Below, piece after piece: positions 38,622-52,299 of a DNA stretch of 64,000 bases (its first letter is position 1; every line of letters starts with the position of its first letter). The stretch lies in the NCBI GenBank assembly GCA_964016885.1, contig OZ024748.1, forward strand, positions 47,926,001 to 47,990,000, given 5' to 3'. The notes under the pieces were generated by a model. That model did not search any database and was not told where the DNA came from. It was given only the letters and a program-made list of their open reading frames with translations. Position numbers and translations under genes: made by a program. Origin of the DNA: Eledone cirrhosa. Its lineage: Eukaryota.

Positions 38622-39284
38622 TTAACCCTTTAGCATTTAAACCGGTCATATATGACCATAATTCCTTCACCTCTTTCTGTTCAAACCAGCTGTAACTGGT
38701 TGCTCATACTTATGCTAAGGTATTGTTTGCAAAATAAATAAAATCAAAATCTTGTAGATGAGATAATTATGTGATAATAAAGTTTTAGTGAGTTAGTCCC
38801 AGGGTTACTTACTCCAGTAAGCACCACCGATTCCCAACTACTAAATTTAATAGAAATAAGATATAGTAGAATTTTTCATACAATTTCTCTCTTGCTCACT
38901 TACTCTCAAACTGGTCACATCGAGCGCAAGCATGCTAACCTTTTTTCAACCATATCTTATAATTCAGGATTATACCTTGTCATGCCACTAGGTACATTTG
39001 TTTACCACATTTGTAATACACGGACTACAATAAACGCAAGTTATTTTGATACTCGTTTTGAGAAACTTATCATGCCTCAGTTATTACTTCAAATGTAGTG
39101 GGAGATAATTCTCACAAAAAGAAATTGTATGAAAAATTCTACTATATCATATTTCTATTAAATTTAGTAGTTGGGAACCGGTGGTGCTTACTGGAGTAAG
39201 TAACCCTGGGACAAACTCACTAAAAAGTGTTTACCGTGAAAATACAATAGTAAATATAGAGTAATATAAATGGTAAAGGGTTAA
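38622..39284 (+). mobile_element. piggyBac-type MITE interrupted by a nested element
   Basis: TTAA-CCCTTT...AAAGGG-TTAA with a ~440 bp insertion relative to the sister copies. Confidence 0.85.
38783..39225. mobile_element. Nested non-autonomous element with ~105 bp TIRs
   Basis: 38783-38889 and 39119-39225 are near-perfect reverse complements; superfamily not recognised. Confidence 0.82.
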
Positions 39285-39870
39285 GGATCAGTACAACTTG
39301 TGGTCCTGGCCAACAGGTTAGAGCAGACATTGCCCCAGAAAATGGCAATGGAGATACACTAGAACAATCCCCCCACCTCACAGGCCTTGTTGTTGTGGGT
39401 AGTCAACTTTACCCCAATAGCAGTGAGAAAGAATATGTTTAGTCTGGGGGGTCAAGAATGGTAGATACCTCCACTACAACAAGTTCCATTTTTTTGTCCA
39501 TCTTTCTATGCTATCTCTTGCTTTTCTATATGTGTACCTTTCTGTCTGTCTATTTTTATTTATTCACACATGTGACATTTTAAAATCCGAAATCTGCTTT
39601 GATCAAACAGCCATATAATGAAGAACCATGTAACTAGAAACCAACAGTCCATATCTAATAGTTTGAAGCCTGGATTATATTAGATTTCTTTTGAGGTAGA
39701 ATTCTCTGACTGGATATCCTTCTTGATGCCAAACATCATTTGGTTTTTAAGTAAAATACAGAATAGTGCCATATATAAATACTGAATCACGAGATTACTG
39801 TTTATGTAAGATGTAAACCAACTGCACCACCAATATAAAAGGCAGTAATAAAATATAACCACTACATTCT

Positions 39871-40099
39871 TTAACCCTTTAGGATTTAAACAGGCCATAT
39901 CCAGTCAGAATTCTCTCAACTCTTCCTGTACAAACCAGCCATAACCAGCTGCTCATACTTATGCTAAGGTATTGTTCTCAAAATAAATAATATCAAATCC
40001 TCGTAGATTCGATATTATGTGAGATACTTATGTGAAATAAAGTGTTTACCATGAAAATACAATAGTAAATATAGAGTAATATAAAGGCTAAAGAGTTAA
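39871..40099 (+). mobile_element. piggyBac-type MITE
   Basis: TTAA-CCCTTT...AAAGAG-TTAA. Confidence 0.82.
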
Positions 40100-40522
40100 A
40101 ATGGTTAGCGACAGATCAGAAGATAACATAGGATCCAAAGATCTTTGTAGGCTTGCTGGTTTCATTATAAAATTTACCCAATAAACTCAGTAAAGAGGTT
40201 GGCGCAAAGAAAGTTATTTAGCCTCAGAAATGGAATACCAAATAAGAACTGAGGTAGACTGTTACAAACCATCCAGCCCATACAGCATGAAAAGCAAATA
40301 TAAAATGATTTCTCAGGCAGTTTTAGATGTAGAACTGTGAATTTCATCATGATAAAATATAGTCCTGCCCAGAAGTGTGTGAAACTGTACTATCTAATGG
40401 ACAACTGATGACCTGGGGTTTTGGGTTATTTTCCTAGTTTTTATGTTCTGTTCATTTATTACCTCCATGCCTCGCGATCTTTGTCCCATTTTATTTTATA
40501 AATCATCATCATCTCTCTCTCT

Positions 40523-40915
<393 letters not shown>

Positions 40916-41264
40916 ACAACTTTGCTAGCAGGGGGAGTATATGTTAAAAGGAAGATATACATTATATATAGCATAGAAATTGGATGCAATGTGTAAGAGA
41001 ATAAATATGTTTCTTGAATGAAAGAAGTTAATTTTTCCATTGTTACTCTTATATATATATATATATATCCACTCCTATTGATCTCCTGTATATATATTCA
41101 TTTATATATATATACATACATGTATAAGCTCAGGTATCGCTATGTGGTTAAGAACAAGTGAGACAAGGTCCTCCAAGCTATCTTGGAGGGTAGTAACCTA
41201 AATATGAACTAACATGGTGATATTCAATACATGTCACCATGGAAAGCAGATACATACATACATG

Positions 41265-42224
41265 ATGTGATGGCTGCCCCCTCGTTATCGAGTATGGCCA
41301 TTGCATGATATACCATTATTAATAATTATTAATTCATTCTATCGTGCAATGCCTGTGTGTGAAGATATTTATTTAAAGTGAGGAAAGACTGCACTGAGCC
41401 AATCCCACTCTCTGAGCGACAGTAGCTATAACCCGAAAAGAAGAAAAGATTAACATCATCGGAAACTACTGAGCCGCATGTTTTATATCGGAGTTATCCC
41501 AGGTTCCTGAGTTACCTTCTCCTAGAAGAATGCCCTCACAAAGGCTAGGGGTCCTTCACTCCCAGTGGTTTAACCGCGTGTTACATGTGTATATACATAT
41601 TTACACACTTTTGGATGGCCGTTGACTCTTATGAGTTCTTCCGCTCTTTGTCAGGTTTTGTTTTTTGTCCTGCAGGATGTCCAAAATCACCCTCCTCACC
41701 AAATAAACTTGGTGGGGTTGCCGGTTTAGTCGTCGACGACCCGACCAGGTTGTACTGGGTTACATGGTGGCTGCCAACTCATTTTCGAGTACGGCCACTA
41801 CTTTATATCCATGTAGGAGAACCCCTACCGATGCACTGAACCAGTGTGACTTTTTAGTCCAGCCAGCGACTTGAAAACTCTGGTACAAACACTACACTTG
41901 TGACCATTATTGACACATAGTGCAAGGCCCATGGTACCATGTGATGACAAGTGCAGAGAGATCTCCAGATATAAAGCAATGCCTGTGCTGTGAAGCTTTT
42001 ATAGTGAGCAAAGGCACTGCACAAAGCCAGTCCCACTCTCTTAACCAAGATGATATTTACTAAAAAGAAGAACAAGTCAACATCATTGGATACCATCAGG
42101 GTTGCAGGTGTTATATCAGAGTTTTCCTTCTCCTAGAATTCTGCCTTGACAAAGGCTAAGGGGTCATCTCTCCCGGTGATTTTGGATGGCTATTGACTCT
42201 TAAGAGCTCCCTTGCCCTTTGGGT

Positions 42225-42230
<6 letters not shown>
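41265..42230 (-). mobile_element. Two decayed copies of a probable RTE-derived non-autonomous retroelement
   Basis: Shared blocks gcaatgcctgtg...cccactctct, ccttctcctagaa...caaaggcta and ttggatggc...gactctta at ~41340-41640 and ~41975-42210. Class assignment is by resemblance only. Confidence 0.45.
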
Positions 42231-42256
<26 letters not shown>

Positions 42257-42395
42257 TTGGGTTACATACATACATACATACATATATATATATATAAGAA
42301 TTAAAATACTGGAGCGTGTTGGAGTTAAACACCCTCTTCGTATTATAGAAATGACAGTTAAAGTATAGCTCAATGTAATTAAACAGAGCCGAAGA

Positions 42396-42582
42396 ATTAT
42401 GAAAATAAAACAAAGAAGCCTTCAATACATCAAAAGTCTTTATTAGCCAACAATGTTTTCGGCTTGTATTGGCCGATAGTACTTCTTGTTGTTTTAATTG
42501 CCCTGATGAGTCCTTAATAGGACGAAACATTGTTGGCTAATAAAGACTTTTGATGTATTGAAGGCTTCTTTGTTTTATTTTC

Positions 42583-42587
<5 letters not shown>
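42396..42587. repeat. Perfect 63 bp inverted repeat (42396-42458 / 42525-42587) around the hammerhead
   Basis: Arms are exact reverse complements by inspection; followed by a (TA)n run. Confidence 0.9.
42491..42547 (+). ncRNA. Minimal type I hammerhead ribozyme, canonical core
   Basis: GTTTTAATTGCC-CTGATGA-GTCCT TAAT AGGAC-GAAAC-ATT-GTT-GGCTAATAAAGAC. 5 bp stem II, near-palindromic ACATTGT stem III, GUU triplet, stem I ~11 bp with one bulge and one mismatch. Confidence 0.8.
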
Positions 42588-42639
<52 letters not shown>

Positions 42640-42999
42640 CAAGCAGGGAAAAGCGGACGTAAAATGATGATGATGATATATATATATATATACAATCTGT
42701 TCTTATAATTTATATATATATATATATATCATCATCATCATCCTGTTCTTTTATATATATATTTATATTTCCTTGAAGACATTCTAGCATGTGTACATTC
42801 ATTCAGGTGACAAAGACAAATTCCTCAATGTGTTGCCCAAAGAAAGACATCCAGGTGGAGAGGCCTGAGTGTCAGCTGAGTTATTCATTATGCCTTTGTG
42901 TACACACATACACACGTGTGTGTACACAGATGTGTCTGTCTACACATGTGTATGTGTGTACATGAAGACATACAGTTATAAGAATATTTGTCAGCGTTG

Positions 43000-43892
43000 G
43001 GTATGTATGTATATGTGTATGTATGTATGCGTATCTGTGTATGTATTTATCTATGTGTATATACATAGTATTTATGTATATATTTATGTATGTACATGTG
43101 TATCTATGTGTATATACATGGTATGTATGTATCTACGTGTATATGCATAGTATTTATGTATATATTTATGTATGTACATGTGTATCTATGTGTATATACA
43201 TGGTATGTATGTATCTACGTGTATATACATAGTATTTATGTATATATTTATGTATGTATATGTGTATCTATGAATATATACATGGTATGTATGTATCTAA
43301 TTATACATACATGTTATGTATGTATATATTTATGTATGTATATATACATGGTATGTATGTATCTACTTATATATACATGGTACATATGTATATATTTATG
43401 TATGTATGTATATATACATGGTATGTATGTATCTACTTATATATACATGGTACATATGTATATATTTATGTATGTATGTATATATACATGGTATGTATGT
43501 ATCTACTTATATATACATGGTACATATGTATATATTTATGTATGTATGTATATATACATGGTATGTATGTATCTACTTATATATACATGGTATATATGTA
43601 TATATTTTTGTATGTATGTATATATACATGGTATCTATGTATCTAATTATATATACATGGTGTATATGTATATATTTTTGTATGTATGTATATATACATG
43701 GTATCTATGTATCTACTTGGTATATATGTATATATTTATGTATGTATATATATATATACATGGTATATATGTATCTACTTATATATATATATGGTATGTA
43801 TGTATATACTTATGTATGTATATAGACATGGTACGTATGTATGTCTCGTATGTATGCATGTATGCATATATAACAGTTAGTTGAAATGTCCC

Positions 43893-43923
<31 letters not shown>

Positions 43924-46900
43924 TTGTAAGTATGCATGTGTGTGCGTGTGCATGTATGCATGTGTGTGCATGTATGTATGTATGTATGTATGTATGTATG
44001 TATGAGGTACACACAGAGAGATAAATATCCCACAGACAGATAACCAATTACTCAACATCATCCACACAACACTTGCTACTCCACACACATACACATACAT
44101 ACACACACGCAGACATATAGTCACACTGTGACACACATACACATACATACACAGAGACACCCATACACAGAGACATATAGTCACATACACTGAGACGCAG
44201 ATAAATATACACATGCATACACACAGAGAGACACATACACACATACATACAGACATATAGTCACATACACTTAGACACAGATAAATATATACATACATAC
44301 ACACAGAGAGACACATACACACATACATACATGTAGTCACATACACTTAGACACAGATAAATATACACATACATACACACAGAGAGACACATACACACAC
44401 ACAGACATATAGTCACATACACTTAGACACAGATAAATATACACATACATACACACAGAGAGACACATACACACATACATACAGACATATAGTCACATAC
44501 ACTTAGACACAGATAAATATACACATACATACACACAGAGAGACACATACACACATACATACAGACATATAGTCACATACACTTAGACACAGATAAATAT
44601 ACACATACATACACACAGAGAGACACATACACACATACATACAGACATATAGTCACATACACTTAGACACAGATAAATATACACATACATACACACAGAG
44701 AGACACATACACACATACACACATACATACAGACATATAGTCACATACACTTAGACAGATAAATATACACATACATACACACAGAGAGACACATACACAC
44801 ACACAGACATATAGTCACATACACTTAGACACAGATACATATACACATACATACACACAGAGAGACACATACACACATACACACAGACATATAGTCACAT
44901 ACACTTAGACACAGATAAATATACACATACATACACACAGAGAGACACATACACACATACATACAGACATATAGTCACATACACACTGAGACACAGATAA
45001 ATATACACATACATACACACAGAGAGACACATACACACATACATACACACAGAGAGACACATACACACATACACACAGACATATAGTCACATACACACTG
45101 AGATACACATACACATACATACACATAGACATATAGTCTCACACACACTGAGATACATAGACACATACATACATACACACAGACATAATCACATCCACAC
45201 AGAGACACACATAAATACACACATACACATACATACATACACACATAAACATAGATACACAGAGAGAGAGAGACACACATACAGTCCCACCCACACAGAG
45301 ACACACATACACATACATACACACAGACACACATACACACACACATACACACATGCACACATGCTCAGGCACACACATACAACCAGACACTTCACACATA
45401 TAATCACTCATATGCATATACACATTCACACACAAACGTACAGACACACACATATGTACATACACACACAAACACACATACCCATTACACACATACATAC
45501 CCACATACCCATTACACACACACACAGACACACATACATACACACGCACACAGACCCATTACACACACACAGACACACATACCCATTACACACACCACAC
45601 ACCCATTACACACTCACACAGACACACATGCATACACACGCACACAGACCCATTACACACACACATACACACACACAGACACACATACCCATTACACACA
45701 CCACACACCCATTACACACACTCACAGACACACATACACACAGCCAGACACATACCCATTACACACTGACAGACATACCCATTACACACACACAACCACA
45801 CACACCCATTACACACACACACACAGACACACACACCCATTACTCACACACAGACACACACCCATTACACACACACATACACACATACCCATTACACACA
45901 CAGACACACATACCCATTACACACACAGACACACACACCCATTACACACACACACATACACACAAACCCATTACACACACACAGACACACATACCCATTA
46001 CACACATACATACACATACACACACACAGACACACATGCCCATTACACATACACATACACATACATACACACAGACACACATGTCCATTACACACACACA
46101 TACCCATTACACACACACACAGACACACATACACATTACACACACACCCCCATTACACACACACACAGACACACATACACACAGCCAGACACATACCCAT
46201 TACACACTGACAGACATACCCATTACACACACACACAACCACACACACCCATTACACACACACAGACACACACACCCATTACTCACACACAGACACACAC
46301 ACCCATTTCACACACACAGACACACATACCCATTACACACACACACACACAGACACACACACACCCATTACTCACACACAGACACACAGACCCATTACAC
46401 ACACACACACACATACATATACACACACACACACAGACACACACACCCATTACTCACACACAGACACACACACCCATTTCACACACACAGACACACATAC
46501 CCATTACACACACACACACCCATACATACACACACACACACACACACCCATTTCACACACACAGACACACAGACCCATTACACACACACAGACACACATA
46601 TACATACACACACACACACACAGACACACACACACACAGAGACACACACACCCATTACTCACACACAGACACACACACCCATTTCACACACACAGACACA
46701 CATACCCATTACACACACACACACGCATACATACACACACACACACACAGACACACACACCCATTACACACACACATACATACACACACACACACAGACA
46801 CACATACCCATTACACACACACACCCATTACACACACACACACACACACACACATTACACACACACACACGTACATACACACACACACACACCCAATAAA

Positions 46901-47055
46901 TAACCTTCTCACCACTACATGATTCTTTAGCAGCAAGTGTGTAAGAAGGAATGGGTGACCTATTCTATTATTGTCTACTGTATGTGTATGTGTGTATGTC
47001 TGTATGTGTGTATGTCTGTATCTGTATGTGGATGTGTGTCTGTCTGTATGTGTGT

Positions 47056-47087
<32 letters not shown>

Positions 47088-47198
47088 GTATCTTTTTAAA
47101 CATATATATGACACGCAAATTCATAAAGCGTTCCATATTTTCTACAAGGGCGGTGCCCCAGCATGGCCTCAGCCTGATGACTGGAACAGGTAAAAGAG

Positions 47199-47268
<70 letters not shown>

Positions 47269-47580
47269 TTAAGTCAGTCTGCACAACTCAATCTTACATA
47301 TTACATACATGCATACATACATATACATACATACGCACATATACAAACATCCATATAGATACATATATACATACATACATATATACATACACACACACAC
47401 ATATATACATACATATATACATACATACATATATACATACACACACATATACATACATATATACATATATATACATACATATATACATAGATATACATAT
47501 ATACATACATATATACATAGATATACATATATACATACATACATACATACATACATACATACATACATACATACATAAAT
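43000..47580. repeat. Series of TA/TG- and CA-rich minisatellites (~60 bp units at 43.3-43.7 kb and 44.1-45.1 kb; cccattacacac units at 45.5-46.9 kb)
   Basis: Direct inspection. Confidence 0.85.
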
Positions 47581-47769
47581 AACCCACAACTTATTCATAC
47601 CATCACTAAATACACCACCACCACCTCCACTACCACCAACTCCACCACCACCACCACCTCCACTACCACCAACTCCACCACCACTACCAACCCCTCCACC
47701 ACCATCACTAACCAATACAGAACATGTTAGTCTAACCTTTGATTCAGGTAACGATGTTTTTTTTTTATA

Positions 47770-48370
47770 AAACATACAAAAAAAAAACATACAAAAAACA
47801 TACAAAAAACAATAAAAAAAAACATACAAATAAAACATACAAAAAACATACAAGAAACATACAAGAAACATACAAAAACCATACAAAAAACATACAAAAA
47901 AACATACAAAAAAACATACAAAAACATACAAAAAACCATACAAAAAACATACAAAAACCATACAAAAAAAACATACAAAAATCATACAAGAAACATACAA
48001 GAAACATACAAGAAACATACAAAAACCATACAAAAAACCATACAAAAAACATACAAAAAACCATACAAAAAACCATACAAAAAAACATACAAAAAACATA
48101 CAAAAAACATACAAAAACATACAAAAACCATACAAAAAACATACAAAAACCATACAAAAAACCATACAAAAAACTATACAAAAAACATATAAGAAACGTA
48201 CAAGAAACATACAAAAACCACACAATAAAACATACAAAAAACATACAAAAAAAACATACAAAAAAACATACAAAAAACATACAAAAAATATACAAGAAAC
48301 ATACAAGAAACATACAAAAAACATACAAAAAACATACAAAAAAACATACAAAAAATCATACAAAAAAACC
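47770..48370. repeat. (AAAAACATAC)n-type minisatellite
   Basis: Direct inspection. Confidence 0.88.
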
Positions 48371-48804
48371 ATAGCTGGACCTCATCTGACAGCTGAAAAC
48401 AACAAAAAAATATATATTTACCCAAAACCAGAAATTTTGACAATGACTGGAGTAAATTTTTTAGACTTTCTTTCTGTTATTTTTGGTTTTTCTTGGAAAG
48501 AGAAAAATCTATTGGAACTGACTTCTGACAATGTCAGATGTAAAGTTTATCTTCATGGAATGGTAGAATGGTTAGAGATGCTTCTACTAGACAGACATTA
48601 CAACAATAACAATAAGTACAATAATAGTGATAGTAGTAGTTATAATAGCATTGGTGGTCACTTATTTTTGGATATTTATTTCTTAAGGATGATGGGAGTA
48701 ACAGAGGTGATGGTATTTATGGTTATTGCTACGGGTGGGTGAAGGGTTTTGGGTTGAGGGTAGAGGTTCTCTGTAATTAATAGTCTGTATACGTGGTGTG
48801 TGTG

Positions 48805-48939
<135 letters not shown>

Positions 48940-49005
48940 TAGCGTGGAGAGTGGCCGTTAAACAATGATGATGATATTTATATATATATACACATATATA
49001 TATAT

Positions 49006-49205
49006 GGAGGCACATGGCTTAGTGGTTAGAGCATTGGCCTTGCAATCGAAAGGTTGTGAGTTCAATTCTCAGACCGGGTGATGTGTTGTTTCCTTGAGCA
49101 AGACACTTTATTCACATTGCTCCAGTTTACTCAGCTATAGAAATGAGATGATAGGGACTGGGATCTCAAGCATTCCTCTGCAAAGGGGTCATGGAGGTGC
49201 CATTT
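49006..49205 (+). mobile_element. SINE family B, 5' half
   Basis: Head and central domain, truncated. Confidence 0.8.
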
Positions 49206-49235
49206 TTTGTGACACCCTATATATATTTTTGTGAC

Positions 49236-49275
<40 letters not shown>

Positions 49276-49285
49276 TGATCAGATT

Positions 49286-49860
49286 AGCATGGGAGGGGGG
49301 GGTCGAGGCCATAGTATCTAGAATAAGGACGGGTTGGAAAAGTGTAGGGAGCTGCCCCCTTTGTTGACAAAGAGGGGTTTCTCCCTGCGTATGAAAGGAC
49401 GTTTATATGATGCCTGTGTGAGATGCGCGATGCTGCATGGTAGTGAGACATGGGCAGCAACTGCAGAGGATATGCGACGGCTGGAGAGAAATGAAACAAG
49501 TATGCTCCGTTAGATGTGCAATGTCAATGTGCATGAACGACCAAGCATGGACGAGTTGAGAAAGAAACTGGGTATAAGAGGGATAAGTTGTGGTGTGCAG
49601 GAGAGAAGGCTGAGATAGGTATGCACACGTGATGACCGCTGGGTAAAGAAGTGCCAAGAAATCCCAGTAGAAGGAAGACGCAGTTGAGGTAGACCACGTA
49701 AAATATGGGCGGAGGTGGTGAGAGCAGACCTCAGATCGCTGAAACTCACCGAGATGACGAAGGACCGTGACAGGTGGAGAGATGCTGTGCTGAATAGGAC
49801 CCGTCCAACCCTTGCAAGCAGGGAAAAGCGGACGTATGATGATGATGATGATGACGATGA
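49286..49860 (+). mobile_element. RTE-1 LINE 3' fragment (longest copy)
   Basis: KGRLYDACVRCAMLHGSETWA...RRLERNETSMLR* ... RTRPTLASREKRT + (GAT)n; stop codon and frameshifts. Confidence 0.9.
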
Positions 49861-49888
49861 TATATATTTTTATATATATATATATGTG

Positions 49889-50335
49889 AAGGCGCATGGC
49901 TTAGTGGTTAGAGCATTGGGCTTGCAGTCGAAAGGTTGTGAGTTCAATTCTCGGACTGGGTGATGTGTTGTTTACTTGAACAATTCACTTTATTTCACAT
50001 TGCTCCAGTTTACTCAGCCGTAGAAATGAGATGATAGGGACTGGGGTCCCTATCATTCCACTGCAAAATGGTCGTGGAGGTTCCACGGCAAAAAAGCACC
50101 CAGCCCACACTCTAAAGTGGACGTGTAGGCGCCACGGAAAAAAAAGCACCCAGCACTCACTGTAAATGAGGTTAGTGTTAGGAAGGGCATCCAGCTGTAG
50201 AAATCAAGCCAGAATCAGTTCTTATATGAGCAAGACAAGGTCAGCCGACCTAACATTGCCCACAACAGGACAACCCGTCTAACCCATGCTAGCGTGGAAG
50301 AACGGACGTAAAACGGTGATGATGATGATGATGAT
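49889..50335 (+). mobile_element. SINE family B with alternative tail
   Basis: After gaatcagttc it continues tatgagcaagacaaggtcagccgacc...gctagcgtggaagaacggacgtaaaacggt(GAT)n. Confidence 0.85.
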
Positions 50336-50661
50336 ATAGATATATATGACAAACTGAAGCAAGAATGTAAACACAGACATGCATATACATATACACACAC
50401 ATGTATGTAAATAGATATATATATTTTCTTCTTTCTTCCTCTCTCTTCATTTCTTTCCCTATCATTTCTTTCCCTCGTGGCCTTTTGATGGACAACGGCC
50501 TCGGGCGCGCTGCCAATCGATGTCCTGTTTTAAGCGCCGAAGCATCTATGATCCGCAGTAAACAGCTGATGAAGGGCTGCTTTTCTTCTCTTGTTTACGT
50601 CCCTATTACCATCTTACACTTTGTTTACAGTAACCACACCGCCTGCCTCTTTACCTGTATT

Positions 50662-50730
<69 letters not shown>

Positions 50731-50827
50731 GCGTGTGTGTGTGTGTGTGTCTGATAGTAGCTAAAATGCTTCCATAGGCGGTATGCCGGTTGAGCACTCT
50801 ATGCTCTTACACAGCAGAGTATGATAT

Positions 50828-51134
50828 AATAGAAAACGAAAAATCAGTGATGCATCTGAACTCAATTTATTGTGTGTTACAATTGTTTCGCCGGCGGACA
50901 GCTCCAGACACGATCATTGTGTGGATCTGTCTGATTCTGGACACGCAGGTTTGACGGACACGTCTAATGATTTCGGAGCATATTCTCTCCGAAATCATTA
51001 GACGTGTCCGTTGAACCTGCGGGTCCAGAATCAGACAGATCCACACAATGATCGTGTCTCGAGCTGTCCGCCGGCGAAACAATTGTAACACACAATAAAT
51101 TGAGTTCAGATGCATCACTTATTTTTCGTTTTCT

Positions 51135-51137
<3 letters not shown>
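50828..51137. repeat. ~310 bp near-perfect palindrome carrying two degenerate hammerhead-like motifs (probable PLE inverted pLTR)
   Basis: Arms 50828-50978 and 50987-51137, loop CATATTCT. Each arm reads GTGT-CT(G/C)GA-GCTG TCCGC CGGC-GAAAC-AATT-GTA-ACAC. Confidence 0.85.
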
Positions 51138-51165
<28 letters not shown>

Positions 51166-52299
51166 GAATAAAGTTAGTCCTTCATCAGTGATCTTCCAAC
51201 CATCATTGGTATTTCATCGCTTTACATCATCATTGCTTTTGCATTCATTTTTCAAAGTTTGATTGGGATGTTTTTTGAGCCAATGTTTTTGAGCTGATTG
51301 CCCTTCTTCATGTCAACCCATTTTAGTTGTCTCTTACAACACATAGGGATACAATTACAATGTATGTGTTCTAGAACCTGGGATACACTCATATGTAAAG
51401 GACCTATAACTCCTGAGGTAATCATGGGTCACCATATTAACATACAACATTTTTAGGGCATTTCTAGAACCTGAAGAAGCCCATCTCCTCTCCAGCAGAT
51501 GTTTTTCTAGAAAAGGATAGAGAATGAAGGAGTACCAGTGCGAAAGAGATATAGAAGAAGAATCAACTCCAGTACTTGACTGGTACATTTTAATCGACTT
51601 CAAGTGGATGGAAGACAAAGCTGACCTTGAAATGAGATGATTTGAACTCAGAGAGCAGAAAAAATACTGCAAAGCATTCTATCAAATGATGTAATGAATG
51701 ACTTTGCCAATTTGCCACTTTATACACTCATACAGATGTACAACAAGCTTCCAGCTTTTCCATTTTCTGAATTTTGATCACATCGCATAGTATGTTAACT
51801 CCAGAGTATAAGGTGGTCTTAACCCTTAGGAACGACAGGGCCGATTTATTGGCACAATAATACAAGCCTCAAGATTAGCTGGCTGGTCTTCATACCAGCC
51901 AATCATATTACTTCTTACACATCTGGGCCTTTCATTCGTGGCTTCCATGATAGTTTGTGTGTTCTGTGATTTATATTTCATGCACTTTATTTTTTATAAC
52001 TTTTTTTTTTTGAAAAATAAGTGGATGCCTTCTGTAGGGCTTGTGAGCATGGCTCCATTTCCAAAAGGTTAAAATACCAGTAATACTCTGGTGTATCATA
52101 CTGAACACCAGAGTTGTGACTAACTGTTAGTTCTTTATGTTACAATTATTATTTTCTTCTTTATACTGTTGTTGTCGAAGTACTAAAATTGTAAAGACTA
52201 ACCAAAGAACACAGTACCATCCTTGATATAATCGACCAAATCTCTTCAATGTCGTGCCTCAACATGGCCACAATCTAATTATAGAAGCTTTTATTGAAG

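Noticed and set aside
41680-41780. HDV-like ribozyme at a putative RTE 5' end
   Set aside because: Could not build the nested double pseudoknot by eye; would need an RNArobo search.
47150-47200. CTGATGA followed by CTGGAAC as a hammerhead
   Set aside because: No stem II or GAAA; part of a dispersed repeat end also seen at ~3297-3345 without the motif.
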